A stretch of 64,000 nucleotides of DNA from Felis catus (Eukaryota): assembly GCF_018350175.1 (NCBI RefSeq), contig NC_058368.1:1736001-1800000 (forward strand), in the 5' to 3' direction. The translations under genes were made by a program, and so were the position numbers. The notes under the pieces were generated by a model. The model saw only the letters and a list, made by a program, of their open reading frames with translations, made no database searches and was not told the origin of the DNA. Positions 39,136 to 53,100 of this stretch are shown piece after piece. The number at the start of each line of letters is the position of its first letter. The stretch's first letter is position 1.

Positions 39136-41747
39136 TTCTTGCTTCTGCCTTCTCTTTATTGCCTATCTCCCGGGCAGAAAGACGGGTATTTTTCAGAGGA
39201 ATCTTAGCTCTTAGGAAGGGAAGTTGCTTATCCTCAGCTTTCCCTGAGGGCTGCCAGATGTCTTTGTATTACTGTGGTTTCAGAAGGTCTTGATATCTGG
39301 TAGAGCGAGTCCCCCTCCGTCTTCTTCAAAATTGTCTAGAGTATTCTTGGACTTTTTCTCTTTCTACGAATTTTAGGATCAGCTTGTCAAGTTCTAAGAA
39401 AAATCTACTGGGATTTTGCTTAGAACTGCACTGACTTTCCAGATTAATTTGGGGAATTCTCTGGTATCTCAGAAACTCCATGGATTACGGTGTCCTTTCT
39501 AAGCAGAAGACATTGATAAAAAATACCACATTAATAGTCCTGCCATCAAGAAGCTCGGGGAAGTAGCCTGGATCAGACCCATCCACTCAACCACAAAGAA
39601 CCAGGCAGGGGCCATGACTTGCCCAATGTCACCATCGGTAACTAAAATGGGCTGAAATTTTAGGTTCAAGTCTCGTATTGACTCCATCCCACCCTTAAAA
39701 AAGTCTATTGAGCTGAACTCATTGACCTTACGATCTGGCAAACCATGACCCCTGAGGCAATTTCGTTTGCACTTACACCTTTTCAGCCCTTGTGGGTCTC
39801 CAGTCTGAACTGGAGAAGGCCTTTTCTCCCACTTTGTACCTGGGTTTGGGGTCTTGGAATGGCTGTGAAGCAATCATACCGGGCCTCTGCTGTTTTGAGA
39901 TCAAAATAAGTCTATGTTTCGCAAAGCGGGAAGGTGAGCCGTGCCGGCCGGTTTGTGCCAGTAAATCCCACGGCTATACTTGGGCATCAGATAGAGCGCA
40001 GCGCGTGGCTGCGGTTCTGTCCGCTGGAATGTACTCATTGTTCTCCCGGTGGCAGTCCTCGCGGCACCGCTTCGAATTGTTTCCTACCGAGTTCAGGGTC
40101 CCAGGGGCAGTGCTCTTTTCTGTCTCCTCTGCCACTTACATTCCTCTCCAAGCTCAGTTTCAATCACCTCTAATCATCCCTGGAGGACTTGTCCTTTGTT
40201 CTTGGATTAAGCTGGGCCAGCTGTCACTCGCTCAAGCCAAGCTTCACACGTGGCCCCAGGGACACTTTTGGATCCCGTCAGAGGGGAAAACTTGATTTGT
40301 TTCAAGTATGTTCCCGTGCCAAGCTTCCACGGAGCAGCATGCAGAAAATGTGAAGACAAAAGAATGATTGCTTACGAGGAGGCAAGACAGCCGTGCGGGG
40401 TTCTTGCTGGATTGCATTTCCATGTTTGGTAAGAGAAAAGGATCCCTGTTGGAGTTTCTTCTGTCTCGTTTTTGTGGCGGCTTTCCTTAACCAGGAAGCA
40501 CTCCAGGCTGGTCATTTCCTCAGTGTTGAGGCAGGAGGTTGGGGTGACAGGTTTTGGCTTCGTGTCTGTCCCCTGGCCATCTGAGGCTTCCAGACCTTTT
40601 CTCCTGACCTCTTTTCCCTCCCCCAACTAGTGCCCTTCACAATGTGTCTGTCTTGAGCTTTTTGTCTTCCACGGTGCTTGCTGGCGTCGATACCTACGAT
40701 CCTGGGTGTCAGGGGCGCGATATGCATCGTATCCCCTCCTTTGGTAGCTCATTTCTACTTTAAGAGAAACCTCCTGGTCATAAAAACCACGATTTGAAAA
40801 CCATCAGTGCTTACGCCTTCTTACTATGTTTTGTGTCCCACGTACCAGGCAGAGGCGGGGGCAGGCAGATGTCTCTGTCACAATGCCTTAGCCCAGAGGT
40901 GTTACTGTGACAGTGGAAATTTCAGTCTGAGGGGACTTGCCCGGTAGGGGTGGGGTAGATATTTTGTCAGATGAGCCGTCTGACCATCACAGCACCAGGT
41001 GACTGTCAGTTCTCCCGTCATTAGCAGACGGTACATGGGTTGGTACATGGGTCGGTACGTGCGCGCTATGGTGCAGAGAAAGACAAATCCCAGTTGTTTG
41101 GAATCGAAAGGGATGTTTGATGCCCCCAGGTCACACGAGCATTCCAGAGGAGGAAACTGAGTCTGAAGAGGCTGCCCCAGCCTTGATTTTGTCCTGGACT
41201 TGGGTCTATGCCACTATCAGAATGATCTCTCTAAACGTCCAATGATCATGTCTCTACGTGCTTCGGGTCCTTGTGTGGCTTCTGGTGGTCTGGAAAGTAA
41301 AATCAGACTTTTTGCTCTGATCTTCAAGGCTCCTGTACCCCTGTCACATTTCTTATTAAATCTTCACCCCCTGCACACTTAGGCATGCACTCCAGCTGCA
41401 GCCACCTGCTCGCAGATTCCCACCCACCTGGTCTCCAGCTTTCCTGCCCTGGGGGTGGGTTGCTCAGCACTTCCTCCCCCTCCCTCGTCCAACTCAGCCC
41501 TCCTTGTTCTCTAAAGCCAGCTCGGACTTCCCTGGCGCAGTACCCTTGAGCCACCCGCACGTTCAGGGTGGTCTGTGGGCTTTGTGTTGCTTTGGGGGGC
41601 TGGCTTGAGCATTCATGGAGGGGCCATACCCTCTCCCAGTGCCCACCTTGGGAGCTTAAAAATTCTGCCGAATTAATAATCACTACAGACCTTCCATTTG
41701 GCAAATTCCCAGGGCACTGTGTAACTTCACAAGCATTTAGCACTATT

Positions 41748-41775
41748 TGTGTGTGTGTGTGTGTGTGTGTGTGTG
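41748..41775. repeat. (GT)n microsatellite
   Basis: Direct run of tg dinucleotides. Confidence 0.95.
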
Positions 41776-42729
41776 AACACTCATGTATTTCATGTGTATC
41801 TGGAAAAGATAAGGACCCTGTTAAATAAAACCACACAGTACCATTAACACACTGGAAGTTAATACTTCCCTGATATCTTCTAATAGGTCAAAATCCCTCG
41901 ATTATAAGTATTTTTAAACTTAGAAATTTTTTCTCTGTATTTTTTCTGTTATATTATTTAAGTCTGTGTTTTGAAATAGTTTCAAACTAACAAAAAACAT
42001 TTGTGAAATCAGTACAAAGAATTCCCATGTACCCTTTACCCAGATTCCCCAAACGTCAGCATCATAACTCAGCAGAATTATCAAGAGCAGAAAACATGCA
42101 TTGATAACAGTACTATAATCTGGAGACCTTATTCAGGGCAGCCCACCAATACCCGCTTTCTGCTCCAGGACCTAACCCAGGCTCACACGTTGCCTCTGGT
42201 GGTCCGGACCCTTTAGTGGCCTTCAGCCTGCAACAGTCCCTCGGGTCTTTGTCTCTTGTGACATTGAAGAGTGTGGTCAGTTGTTTTGTTGAATGTCCCT
42301 CGGTTTGGGTTGGATAAGTTTTTTAAGCAGCCATAATATTTCACCCAAAAGGAGACACCGCAAGTAGAAGGCTGCTCGACTCACGATTGCACCGAGACAG
42401 CAGGTGTAAAGCAGGCCAGCGACCCCCCATGCCCGGGGCTTAGGCCACTCTCCTCAATGCTCTTTTGGGTTCCTCCCTTTCCCGCTTGGAACAAACACGT
42501 GCTGAGTTTCCCACATTCTGTATGTCGTTGGTCATATCCTCACGGTGCCATTTAACGTGTTCCTCTGTCCCTATATTTCCAGTAAACCAGCCCAATCAAC
42601 TCCAGTTTTTGACTAGCCCCTCTAAAGCATCTGCCTTCCTTGGCTCAGGGAACGCCACTCCTGATTCTGGCAATCTCGACAATGAGACATCTTCTCCCTT
42701 AAAAGCTGGCTTTCCCCTACTCGGCAATC

Positions 42730-43050
42730 AAAAAGAATGAAATCTTGCCATTTGCAACTATGTGGATGGAACTAGAGGGTATTATGCTAAGCGAAATTAG
42801 AGAAAGACACATATCATATGACTTCACTCATATGAGGACTTTAAGACACAGACCAACACAGGGAAGGGAAGCAAAAATAATGTCAAAACAGGGAGGGGGA
42901 CAAAACATAAGAGACTCTTAAATATGGAGAACAAACAGAGGGTTGTGAGAGGGGGGACAGGCTAAATGGGTAAGGAGCCTTAAGGAATCTATTCCTGAAA
43001 TCATTGTTGCACCATACACTAACTTGGATATAAATTTAAAAAAATAAATG
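42730..43050 (+). mobile_element. Carnivore/felid L1 3' end
   Basis: aaaagaatgaaatcttgccatttgcaac...gagggtattatgctaagcgaaatt...tcattgttgcaccatacactaactt plus an A tail. Confidence 0.88.
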
Positions 43051-43099
43051 TAAAAAAATTTTGAAAAACTGAAAAAAAATTATACAACTAAAAAAAATT

Positions 43100-43665
43100 T
43101 GGTTTTCCCTATCTTTCATTTTGTCTCTCCATACACTCCCCTGAATGATCTTACTTAACCACCATTAACTATATGCTAATAATTTAAAAATCTCCACCTT
43201 CAGCCAGTATCTCTCTCAAGGAATCCAGACCATCTTCTACCCTATAGTCTGAAAGATCTGTCTGAAATCCCATCTGATTGGATCACTTACCTTTTTTAAC
43301 ATCCTTCCCATTGCCTTCAGGGTCCAATCCAAATTTGGCCGTGAATTGGAGGCCTCCTAATGACCCAGGCTCCACAGATGGCTCCAGCCCATCTTGTAGT
43401 TCCCCGTCTAGGCCGTGGTTCCTAACAGCGACTTAGTCCCTCCACTGTAGGCTCTGCCCTGTGCCCTAACTACCCTTTCTCCCCTCTTCATCTGGACGAA
43501 TCCATCCAGGAACCACCTTTGCTGGGAAGCCTCCCCCGCTGCCATGGCTGGATACACCCTCTAAGTGTGTGTGCATTTGTCTCCCCGGACGTACAGTAGA
43601 TATGTGTTTCACCTACATCCTCACTATCCGAAACGTCACTGGCACTCAGGTGTTGACTGAATGCT
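43100..43665 (+). mobile_element. L2 3' fragment
   Basis: ccttcccattgccttcagggtccaatccaaa and a terminal ggcactcaggtgttgactgaatg. Confidence 0.55.
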
Positions 43666-46600
43666 GAAGGTGACTGGAGGCGGTACAAATTCCTTTTCCT
43701 TTGAACTTTAAGTTACGGTCTCATATGGACTTCAGGGTATGAAGGACAGGAAGCTGTGTGGTCCAGACCCACTGTCACCAGCTCACCAGCCACCGAACTC
43801 TTATTCTCATGCTAGGCCACAAGGATGAGTAGAAATACGGCCCCGATCCTCCCTCCCAGGGGAAGGCGTAGAGAAAGTGAAGCTCTATCTCACGGGCACC
43901 CAGTGTTAGGAGGATGTGGGGCATAAAGAGGTTAACTGACTAAGGGAATTGGAAAACTTTTAATGATCTGAATTGGACCCTGATTATGGCAAGATTTCAT
44001 TGAGTCGACACTGGTTTGGGGGCGAGGGCATCGAGCAAACGCTTAGCTGCGGCACTTGCAGGGGGCACTCTGCTTGGGGATGACCGGAGGCTGGGACGCG
44101 CCAGGGACGAGACACGAAGGCTGGAGAGGTGTGGGGACCACGTGGTGGAGGCCTCTGCAGGCAAGGCAAAGGGCTTGGACTCTTCCCGACACGGACCCCC
44201 ATAGCTCACCCGCGTACCCCAGTGAGGGGTGGGAATGAGGCTTCACAGAGGAGGCTGAAAAAGCTGGAACGTTACGGTGGACAGCTTCATCCGTCCTCGC
44301 GAGGGGAGAGCTCACCACGTTCCAAAAGCTCCTGATGGCAGAACTCAGGAAAGAGTAGCGATAAGAAGCTCAGAAAGTCTTTTTCAGCTACTATTTTTGT
44401 GTTCATGTTGGAGGGAAGGATGAATAGACAAGATCGGTGTGGTTTCAGTGTCGGGGCCTCGGAGATCACTCGATTGTGCAGACGGCCCCACCCTGCCCTG
44501 CTCCTGTTTGCGTGTAACAGATTTATCAGCTCTCACCCTGACTCTGCCCGGGTAGTTCGAGAGGGAAGCGGAAGGGGTCTGTGACCGAGCGCTAAGCCCC
44601 CAGCAGGGACACCTGTGTCTGAGGCCCCCTTGCTCCCCGCGATGCTGCTCCTGTTCTTCTGGGCACCCCAAAGGGGAGCCTTGGAGTCACTGCCGACTTC
44701 TCCTCTGACCTCATCCTCCACATGCAAACAGTGGCCGCATACCTGGAGATGTCCCTCTTGGCAGGCTCCAGTGGCAGGTGGACCTGGGTCCTCTGGTGTG
44801 ACGGTCACCCTCCTGCTCCGTGGCACCCTGCCGGTTCCTGGGCGCCCTGGCCTCCTTTCTGTCTACGTGCAGCAGGTGCCGTCCAGCTCACCCACCGCTC
44901 TGCGCTCTGGGATGCACGGCTCCCCGAGTTCCTTCGGACTGTGTAAATGGCACGTAGCCGGCGGCGAGTAAACTTGCCGCTGTGTGAAGATAACCGCTTC
45001 TAGACTCTTCCCCACCCAATCACGCTTCAGTCCACTAACATCCAAAGATGTTGGATCCAAACAGAAAAAGAAACCCATGTCCTTTCCTGACACATCTGGA
45101 GCCAACCACCCTCATCCAGCCACTGACGGAGAGTTAACACTTGCCTCACCGACACGAGCTTCTCGATGGAGAAGCCTCTTGGCCAATCGGTCTAACGATC
45201 CCAGCACTGCCACGCTTCAAGTCCATTCAGGCTTCCACCCCCCACGCCCCCACTCACAGCCAGCACTGCCCGCCTGCCCACCTTTTAGCTCCTTTCCGAA
45301 AGAAACCCTCAGCTCTGTTCTTGGACATCCCACTACTCGCTCACCCGCCCCCACTTCTCCTAAGCCCCCTACTCCCCGTTCTTTAATTGGATGGTCCAAA
45401 CACACTTCTTAGCCGGAAATTTCTTCACTTTGTGGATGAATTTGAGTCATTAGCAGCGAGGACCTATGGGAGAACCAGTCCAGAGGGGTTTCCATCTGAA
45501 GGACGTACAGCTGTGCAAACTCTGCAGGGTGAGGGCCAGCTCGGGCCACTGTCCCTCCCTGTGCAGCCACACTCCACTCTCAGAGCACGCGTTAACAAAA
45601 CCCGGATGAGAAACCATATACACCTCGAGTTCTTGTCTGTAAAAACCTTTGGGCACACCTCAAAAGCTTAAGATCACAGGCCCCTTTAAGATTTAAAAGC
45701 TTAGATCATAGGCCCCTTTGGCACGGCACCCTGGGGGGCCTCCTGGGCTCGGCATGTTGTAGGTCTACGAACGTGTGGCTTGAGAGGTTGGAAGTCATGG
45801 CTTCTGACTCTGAGAGTTTAGGGTCCCTACGACTCGGCTCCAGAAGAGGAAGAAACATTCATAAGAGGACTGTACATGTTTTCAATGGGGAGATTAATGG
45901 AAGTGAGAATTTGGGGTCATAGCAATCCCCTGTGTGAGGGGACATTAGGGAGGGGCCCTGAGTCCCCACTAGTGACCAGATGGCCTCTTGGCTCACTGAA
46001 GGGGATGATGGGGGGGGGGGGGCGGTAGAGTTCTGTCTGAAGGTGCTTTTTTTTTTTTTTCCTCCCAGGGAGCCATCTGACTCCACCAAGCCCTACACTC
46101 CTCTGGTATTGTGGCAGCAGGCTGTTTTGTAGGTGTTGACGTTGGTTTTTGGCGTCTGACCAGAAAGTAGGGAGCCTTGGCAGAGGATGGAAATGATCAC
46201 ATTTAAACCGGCGTTCATTTCCCCAATGTTCCCGGCTGGCCAGGCTGCCCTCCCCAGTGCGGCTTTGGCCCCTTAACAGAGGAGGGCACACAGACCCTGA
46301 CAGACAGATGGACACAGGGCCTACCCTGTGACCTTCTGGACAGGTGTCTCGAGCAAAGGCCCATGGCTCTGTCAGAGCCCGGGTGGCCAGTGTCTGCTCC
46401 TTGCAGAGATGGCCCCTTCCTGGAGACGGAAGGGGGCAGTGTGGGCAGGCCACCTGGGGCTGCAGAGCCCGGTGGCCGGAGGGGAGGCAGATCTGGGGCC
46501 TTGGGGACCACTGCTCTAAAGCTCAGGGCTGGAAGTTGTGGCCAGAGGCACAGAGGCTGTTTCAGGTTCTGGTGGGTGTACCGGTCACCTGTCAGTGAGC

Positions 46601-46779
46601 ACCCCACTGGCTCACCGGCCCCCCGGCCTCTCTCAAGCCGCCTGCTGCCTCTGCCAGGCTGTAACTTTGGTGATGAATTTCAGGCATTAGCGTGAATATA
46701 TACATTTTCCTTTTCTATGTATGTTAGCGCAGACTCTGAGAGCGTTGTCAAGGAACGGCCTGAGAGTAGCTATAAACCC

Positions 46780-48080
46780 CGTCTTCACCGCTTGACAGCC
46801 GGCGGACTCACACGGTTGACCTGTTAGATCGGGGTCTCGCGTGGACGCTAACCGCCTGCCAGATTAACTTCCGGCCCCACCTTTCTTCCTGCCCCAGTAA
46901 CCAGTGGTCCCCGGGCTTACCGGTCCCGAGGCCGAAATCTTTTGGAGGCTGCCCTCTCTCCGCGCGTCGTGTGTTCCGTTGCCCCAGGGCACGAACTGAG
47001 CCCGCGCCCTCTTCCCTGCAGAATTTCCTACGACCCTGCCAGGTACCCCAAGTACCTGCCCGAGGCCTACTGCCTGTGCAGGGGCTGCCTGACCGGGCTC
47101 TTCGGGGAGGAGGACCTACGTTTCCGGAGCGCCCCGGTGTACATGCCCACCGTCATCCTGCGGCGGACCTCGGCCTGCGCCGGCGGCCGCTGGGTGTACA
47201 CCGAGGAGTACGTCACCGTGCCCGTGGGCTGCACCTGCGTCCCCGAGCAGGAGAAGGAGGCCGACGCCGTCAACTCCAGCATGGACAAGCAGGGCGCCAG
47301 GCTTCTGCTCGGCCCCGGCGACAAGCCGGGCCGGCCCTGAGGCCCTTGCTGCCCGAGGCCCGCGTCCCCGGAGCCGCGTCGTCGGCGAGAAAGCGAGGAC
47401 GCGGCGAGCGAAGGGGACAACGGGACGCACCTGCGCGGGGCGGGCCCTCGGCCCAGGCCGGCCGCCCTCCCACCCCCGCTTTCCTTCCGGCTGCCGGAAG
47501 TCACCGGGGACGCGACGTCAGGCCGGCGGCGGCGTGCGGCCGGGACCTGCCCAAGGTGGCTGGAGGCCGGGAGGGGAAAACGTGAGTCGGCGGCCCTCGG
47601 GCTCCGAGCCTTCCCCGCAGCGCCGCGCACCGTCAGGGCCTCCAGGGGGAGGGGGTGACCCTCCGGAGCCAGGTGGTAGGTGGTGCTTCCGGAAGGCAAT
47701 TGCTTTAAAAAGGTGGGATACATACCTACCTTTTTATTCCACTGCTTTCAACGGAGGAAAAGCTATTTTTATAGAAGGAGTTTTGAGCAATTCTATTAAG
47801 AACTTTTTACGTCACGTGTATTTTCTAACCATTTCGTTTTCACTTGCTCTGGCAAGATTTTTTCAGAAGCACGATTGGGATCTTCAGATAAACTTTTTAG
47901 CTGGCGCGGTGGCCGTCCCCGGATTCGGCCAGGCCCCAGTCGCTGACCACACCAGAACGGACGGGGCTAAACGTGACCCGCTTCGGCTGAAGGTCTCCGC
48001 AGGCTGCCCTGCGCCGGACAGGGAAGCCCCGGGGCTCTGCTCGCGCCCCCAGGCCAGGGGTTCCAGGGATCTCAGACTTG
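46780..48080. promoter_or_regulatory. CpG island over the IL17D last exon and proximal 3' UTR
   Basis: High CpG density from just upstream of the acceptor through the 3' UTR. Confidence 0.7.
47022..47340 (+). CDS. IL17D: Interleukin-17D, terminal coding exon (cystine knot)
   Basis: Acceptor cttccctgcag|A. Translates ISYDPARYPKYLPEAYCLCRGCL...VPVGCTCV...GDKPGRP*, containing the IL-17 cystine-knot cysteines. 290+319 nt gives 202 codons plus stop. Confidence 0.98.
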
Positions 48081-48398
48081 GTTTGTTCAGGAGCATACAT
48101 GTGGCCGCAGATTCATACAGCTGAACATTTGTTTTCGCTTTGAAAGCAAGTGGGGCCAAGTAAGAGGTGGAGGGATGAGGCGAGAGGTAGAATGTGGTAT
48201 CTCTGCCACGTGTCAAGAATCCAAGTCTCAGTTTCAGGGCCTCAGGAACTAGCGAATGGGAGAAGCCGGCCAACTTTCGATTCCCAGAAGTCAGTATTGG
48301 GGGCCTCTTTTTCACACCCTGCGATGTGAGCTGAATCCACAGTCTCTTCTGTAGGTTGAACACCATTATTTGTAAAAGCGAGAATTTCTTTTTAAATC

Positions 48399-48404
48399 AT
48401 TAAA
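48399..48404 (+). terminator. IL17D: Candidate IL17D poly(A) signal (ATTAAA)
   Basis: Variant hexamer about 1.06 kb after the stop codon, followed by GT/T-rich sequence. Confidence 0.45.
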
Positions 48405-49606
48405 GCAACGGTGGATGAAGGGTACGTTGGCCGCGTGCGTTTCTCTTGGGGCTCGGCTGGTTTCCAGAAAAAGCTAACAATCTTCACTTTATCTTAATTC
48501 CGTGGTTGAGATTTAAATTAAGTCTCATTTGGTGTTTGAAAGATCAACTGCTCCTGCAAAGTCCGTCTGTCTTCTCTTCCGTGACACCCCAGCCAAACCA
48601 CGAAGTGTCTTTCACTCTCCAGCATCAGGGGCTGCACGAATGCCAGAGCTTTAGCTTCCTAGTTGCCGAGAATCAGCCTTAGTTCGATCTGGAGGGAAGG
48701 TTCACGGAGAGAACTTTCAACTTGTGCTAAATAATGACAGAAGTTGTACATGAAAAACACATTGCTGAGCAAAATCCAGATTTTCCAAAAATTCAGAAAT
48801 TCAAAATTGAAAGTGCTAGCTGTGGACAGTTCTAGACAGTCTGGGAATTTCTTCTCCGTTCCACCTCTGAAGCGGTGGTGAGTGTGGAAAAAACAAGGTA
48901 TCCCTAGTGGTAGTATATCTGGAGTAGGTTCTTGTCCAGAAAGCGGAAGGTTTGGAGCAAACTTTCACTGCTAGCTCAACAACATCAAATTCGTAAGTTA
49001 AAAAGTGCTTTTCAAACCACTGGTTTGGGTAATTGTTCAGTCACTGCCACTGCTGGGTAACGTTTTCCAGTTACTCCTCAAATATAAATAGTGCAAACAT
49101 CAGAGGAGAATAAACATTTGGAGAAAAGATCACGATTTTATTGTATTGTTAGCTTACCTAAACTTAGCTTGTGAAAAGGTAGCACATTCCCAGTGGAAGA
49201 AATTAGCTTTCCATTCTATAGAACCAGAAAAGCAACCTTTCTTTGTATTTTTTCTCTGAATGGAATATTCATACGCTTAATATTTCTCGAGCACTTGCCG
49301 TGTTCCAGGTACTGAGCCCCTGGGAGATACCTGTAAGCCAGGTACAGTCTCCGCCCCTAGCGAAAATATAACCGGCACTGGCTCTCTGAGCAGCTGGGTG
49401 TTTGTGGGCCACTCCTCACAGGAAGCGCTGCCCGGTGAATCTAAGCCCCATTTTTCCCACTGATAATGGGTGGTGCCGCCTCCTTGGTCACTGTGAGGAC
49501 GGAACACCATTTGTAAAGCACCTGGTACGGTGCCTGGCACACAGGAGGTATTAGAACATATTGGCCTCAATGATTTACAAGTGACATTAAAAACAAGTAC
49601 CAGGTT

Positions 49607-49727
49607 GGGGAACCTGGGTGGCTCAGATGGTTGAGCATCCGACTCTTGATTTCGGCTGAGGTCACCATCTAATGGTCGTGAGACTGAGCCCTACATTGGG
49701 CTGGGCACTGAGCGTGGAGCCTGCTTG

Positions 49728-49769
<42 letters not shown>

Positions 49770-50121
49770 CCTCCCCCATGCACGCGCATATGCACACACA
49801 CTCTCTCAACGTAAATACATTAAAAAAAAGATTTGACCATGTTTTAAAAAAATACCAAGCTGTTCTTTCTCCAGGTTATGCCTATTGCTTTAGCAAGTAT
49901 GTATCATTAAAATGACTTTTTGTGAGGCTCCTGGGTGGCTCAGTTGGTTAGGCGTCTGACTGCAGGTCAGGTCATGATCTCGCACTTCATGAGTTCAAGC
50001 CCCGCGTCGGGTTCTGTGCTGATAGCTCGGAGCCTTGGAGCCTGCTTCGGATTCCATGTCTCCCTCTCTCTCTGCTCCTCCCTCGCTCATGCTCTGTCTC
50101 TCTCAAAAATAAACATTTTTT
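49607..50121 (+). mobile_element. Two CanSINEs (49607-49829, 49924-50120)
   Basis: Typical heads. The second copy has TSD taaaatgactttttgt. Confidence 0.9.
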
Positions 50122-53100
50122 AAAATGACTTTTTGTATAAAAGTTTACAAAATCTATCACTAGGCAGCAGCGACCAGATAGAAATGTTACCTAATGGGAA
50201 TTAAAAATTTGGAAAAAAAAAATATGTTGGAGTAAGAGGGGGGTGATGGGAGATGGGGAGATATTTCAGTGAGTAATAAGAGTTTATTGGGACAGAATTG
50301 TGTTCTTGGTAGAACTAAAGGGTTTTTTCCTTCTTTTCCTTGGAGCGGAGAGAGGTCATTACTGTTTTATCAAATAGGGAAATTCCCTGGCCTCAGCTGA
50401 GCAGCTTCCCCCTCCCCCTGCGGGTCTCCAGGACACTGATTATTGTTCCCCACAGTTCACAGCGGGCCTTGGGTGGATGTGGGCCTTCATGGCCCCGGGC
50501 TCCGTCCGTGAGACTTTCATAGCTTCTTCCCTCCTCTCCAAATGTGCCACGGTGACTACGTTCCGTCAAGGGATTCTGTCTGTCACTGAAGAGCTCCGTG
50601 GCCACCCTTGGAATGGACACGCCGTGCTGGTTCCTGAAGATTTTTTCCAACCAACCGACAGTATCTCCGCCGTATGCTTGTTTTAGAAAAACCGAACCAT
50701 TTGGGAATAGCGATCGACACCCATCACAAATGCCAGCAGCTCGGCTTGCAGGGGCCAATGACCCAAACTTCTCGGTTTACAGCATGTCTTGTAGCAAAGG
50801 CGAAGGGGAGAGAAGGGTCATTCTTGGCCTCCGGTTTCTGCTCTGAGAAAGGGAAGAGCGTGAAGTGTCCGTCTGAAACGGGGCTTCAAAAGTGACTCCT
50901 GCGTTTTGTTGGTTCCAGCTGTCCGCGTTCCCATCGCCCCCAAACACGCAGCTGAGTAGCTGTACGGACTTCACGGCGGTCAGCAGACCGGATATTATCA
51001 TCCTCCCTCTTTCCCCTCCTACTATGGTTACTTCGTGGCTCGTGCAAATCTCTGAATTAGCAAAGGACTTTACAAACGTGTCCTTTTCAGCTTTTGAAGT
51101 GCTTTGGTCGGGTGTGAGAGGCGAGGGTGCTCCCAAGAATTCAGGAAGCTTACTTCCAGGCCTCCGGGCAGCACGGGCACCCCTTCCTCCCACCCCGCTG
51201 CTCCTGTGCCCCGTGTGTGCCAGCCAGAGGCCAGGGGCACGGCAGACCCGCCTCGTGTTTCCGAAGACTCCAGAGGTAGAGACGCCGGCCTCTGATGAAA
51301 TCCAGAAGCGGCCACGTGTGAACACAGGTTTCCTAAAATTGAAATCATGCAAGGGGTCCGCAGCAATAAAACACGCGTTGGCCGCCTGTTATTCAACGTG
51401 ATTGAAGGCTTAATGCGCTGAGCTTTGTCCCTTCCCTCCCCCACCCTCTGTGAAAAAATGTTTCTCTTCGTCATCTAAAGGCTAGACTTCTAGTAAAGCT
51501 AAAATTCTTATTTCTAGGCTGCTATGTGCCCCCAATTCCTAAGTTACACATTACGTTTGTATACATGATTTGTTACTAACATTTATTTGTCGGTGGCCTA
51601 GGTAATTTTTACTAAACTGACTCATGAGGAAATAATAAGGTGGGGGTTATTTTCTAAAGAACATTTATTGAACCCTTCACATGTGCCAGGTGCCGATACA
51701 CCGATAAAAATATAAATGTCTCATAAAAATACCAAGTGATTTTTTTTAAGTAAATGAAAACTTATCCCAAAGTAGAACAATAGAGGACTGAAAAGTTAAC
51801 AAGCGGGGGCAAGCCCCCCCCTCCCCCCGTTTCCTGGGCACAGGCGCCCACGCACGAGGCTCTCTGGGACAGGCGGGGTTTCCCGCGGGGAGCAGCCATG
51901 CCCCCGTCGCCGATTTTCAAGAGCCAACATTTCCCGCTCCCCCTCCACGTGCACTGCGGGTCCACCGCCCCACCGAGGACCTGGGGCCAGAGCGCTTCGG
52001 TCGGGGAAACTGCCGGAAACCAGGTCGGAGAGAACACAAAGCTCTGCCGGCCAGCGACACATTTTGCTGCCTTTCACGTTTCGATAGCAAAGCGAGTCAC
52101 GTGAGGTGGGAAGTGTTATTCCTTTCCCAGAGGGGTTATTTTTTAAGTTTGTATTTGCAAATGATTCTGACTTCACAGGAAATTGCAGAATTACTACAGA
52201 GAGGTCTTGTGTGTCCTTTCCCCAGTTCTCCGCAGTGGTAACATCTTACATAAGCGCAGGACCACAGCCAGGGAATGGGCATCCGTACCGCCCACACACC
52301 TGACTCAGAGCTCACCAGTGGTACGCGTGTGTGTGCACGTGTGTTCTGCGTGACACCGTCTGCGGAGTTTTGTGTCACCGCTGCACAGTCAAGATGCAGA
52401 CCAGTTCCATGAAGGTCTCCCTTTTATGGCCACCCCCACCCCTTACCCCCATCGTAACCTCTGCCGACCACCAATCTGCTCTCCATTCGAGAATGTTGTT
52501 ACATAAATGGAAACACAGGAGGTAACCTCTGGGGACTGGCTTTCTTCACTCAGCACAAGGCCCTTGAAATCCATCCAAGTTGCAGGCATCAGCAAATCAT
52601 TCCTTTGGGTAGCTGAAGAGGCATGTTCTGCGATGCGGATGCGTGATGAACAGTTTCTGCAGCACAGCAGAGGCCAGCAGACTTCTCACCTCCTTTTTGC
52701 TGTAGTGTTTGGTTTGCTGATGGCACTTTCTCAGGCAGCTCGGAGCAGCTGACGTGGCTTTAGCTGAGGGTGCGGGGGAGGGGGGGGTGCTGAGCGTGCG
52801 GCACCCGGGCTGCGCTCCTGTCATCCCTCCATAAATAGGGACAAGAAGGAAAAATCCAGAAGGCTCTAGTTCCGAGGATTATGAATTAATACTACTTGCA
52901 AGAATTATCACCTCCTTCCACGGAGGTAAGTGGTATCTCCTTCAGGGGCAGATCAGATGACGGTCCCCTTCACAAGTCCTGTGATGCCCCAGGAAAGCTG
53001 CCGAGAAGAATCGGCAGCCCATTGGGTAGAGCCACAATGGGCCTGCTAAGGGGGCAGACGGCCTGAGGCAGAGGCCTGGGTCCTAATCCAGGCCTTGGCC

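Noticed and set aside
46971..48124. Overlapping 196-218 aa ORFs across the IL17D last exon and 3' UTR
   Set aside because: They are GC-rich shadow ORFs with low-complexity translations and no recognisable homology.
52838..52931. Possible + strand exon ending in a perfect AG|GTAAGT donor
   Set aside because: The acceptor is weak and the peptide is unrecognisable. An 8-mer like this is expected about once per window by chance, and another occurs near 58600 inside an L1-like stretch.
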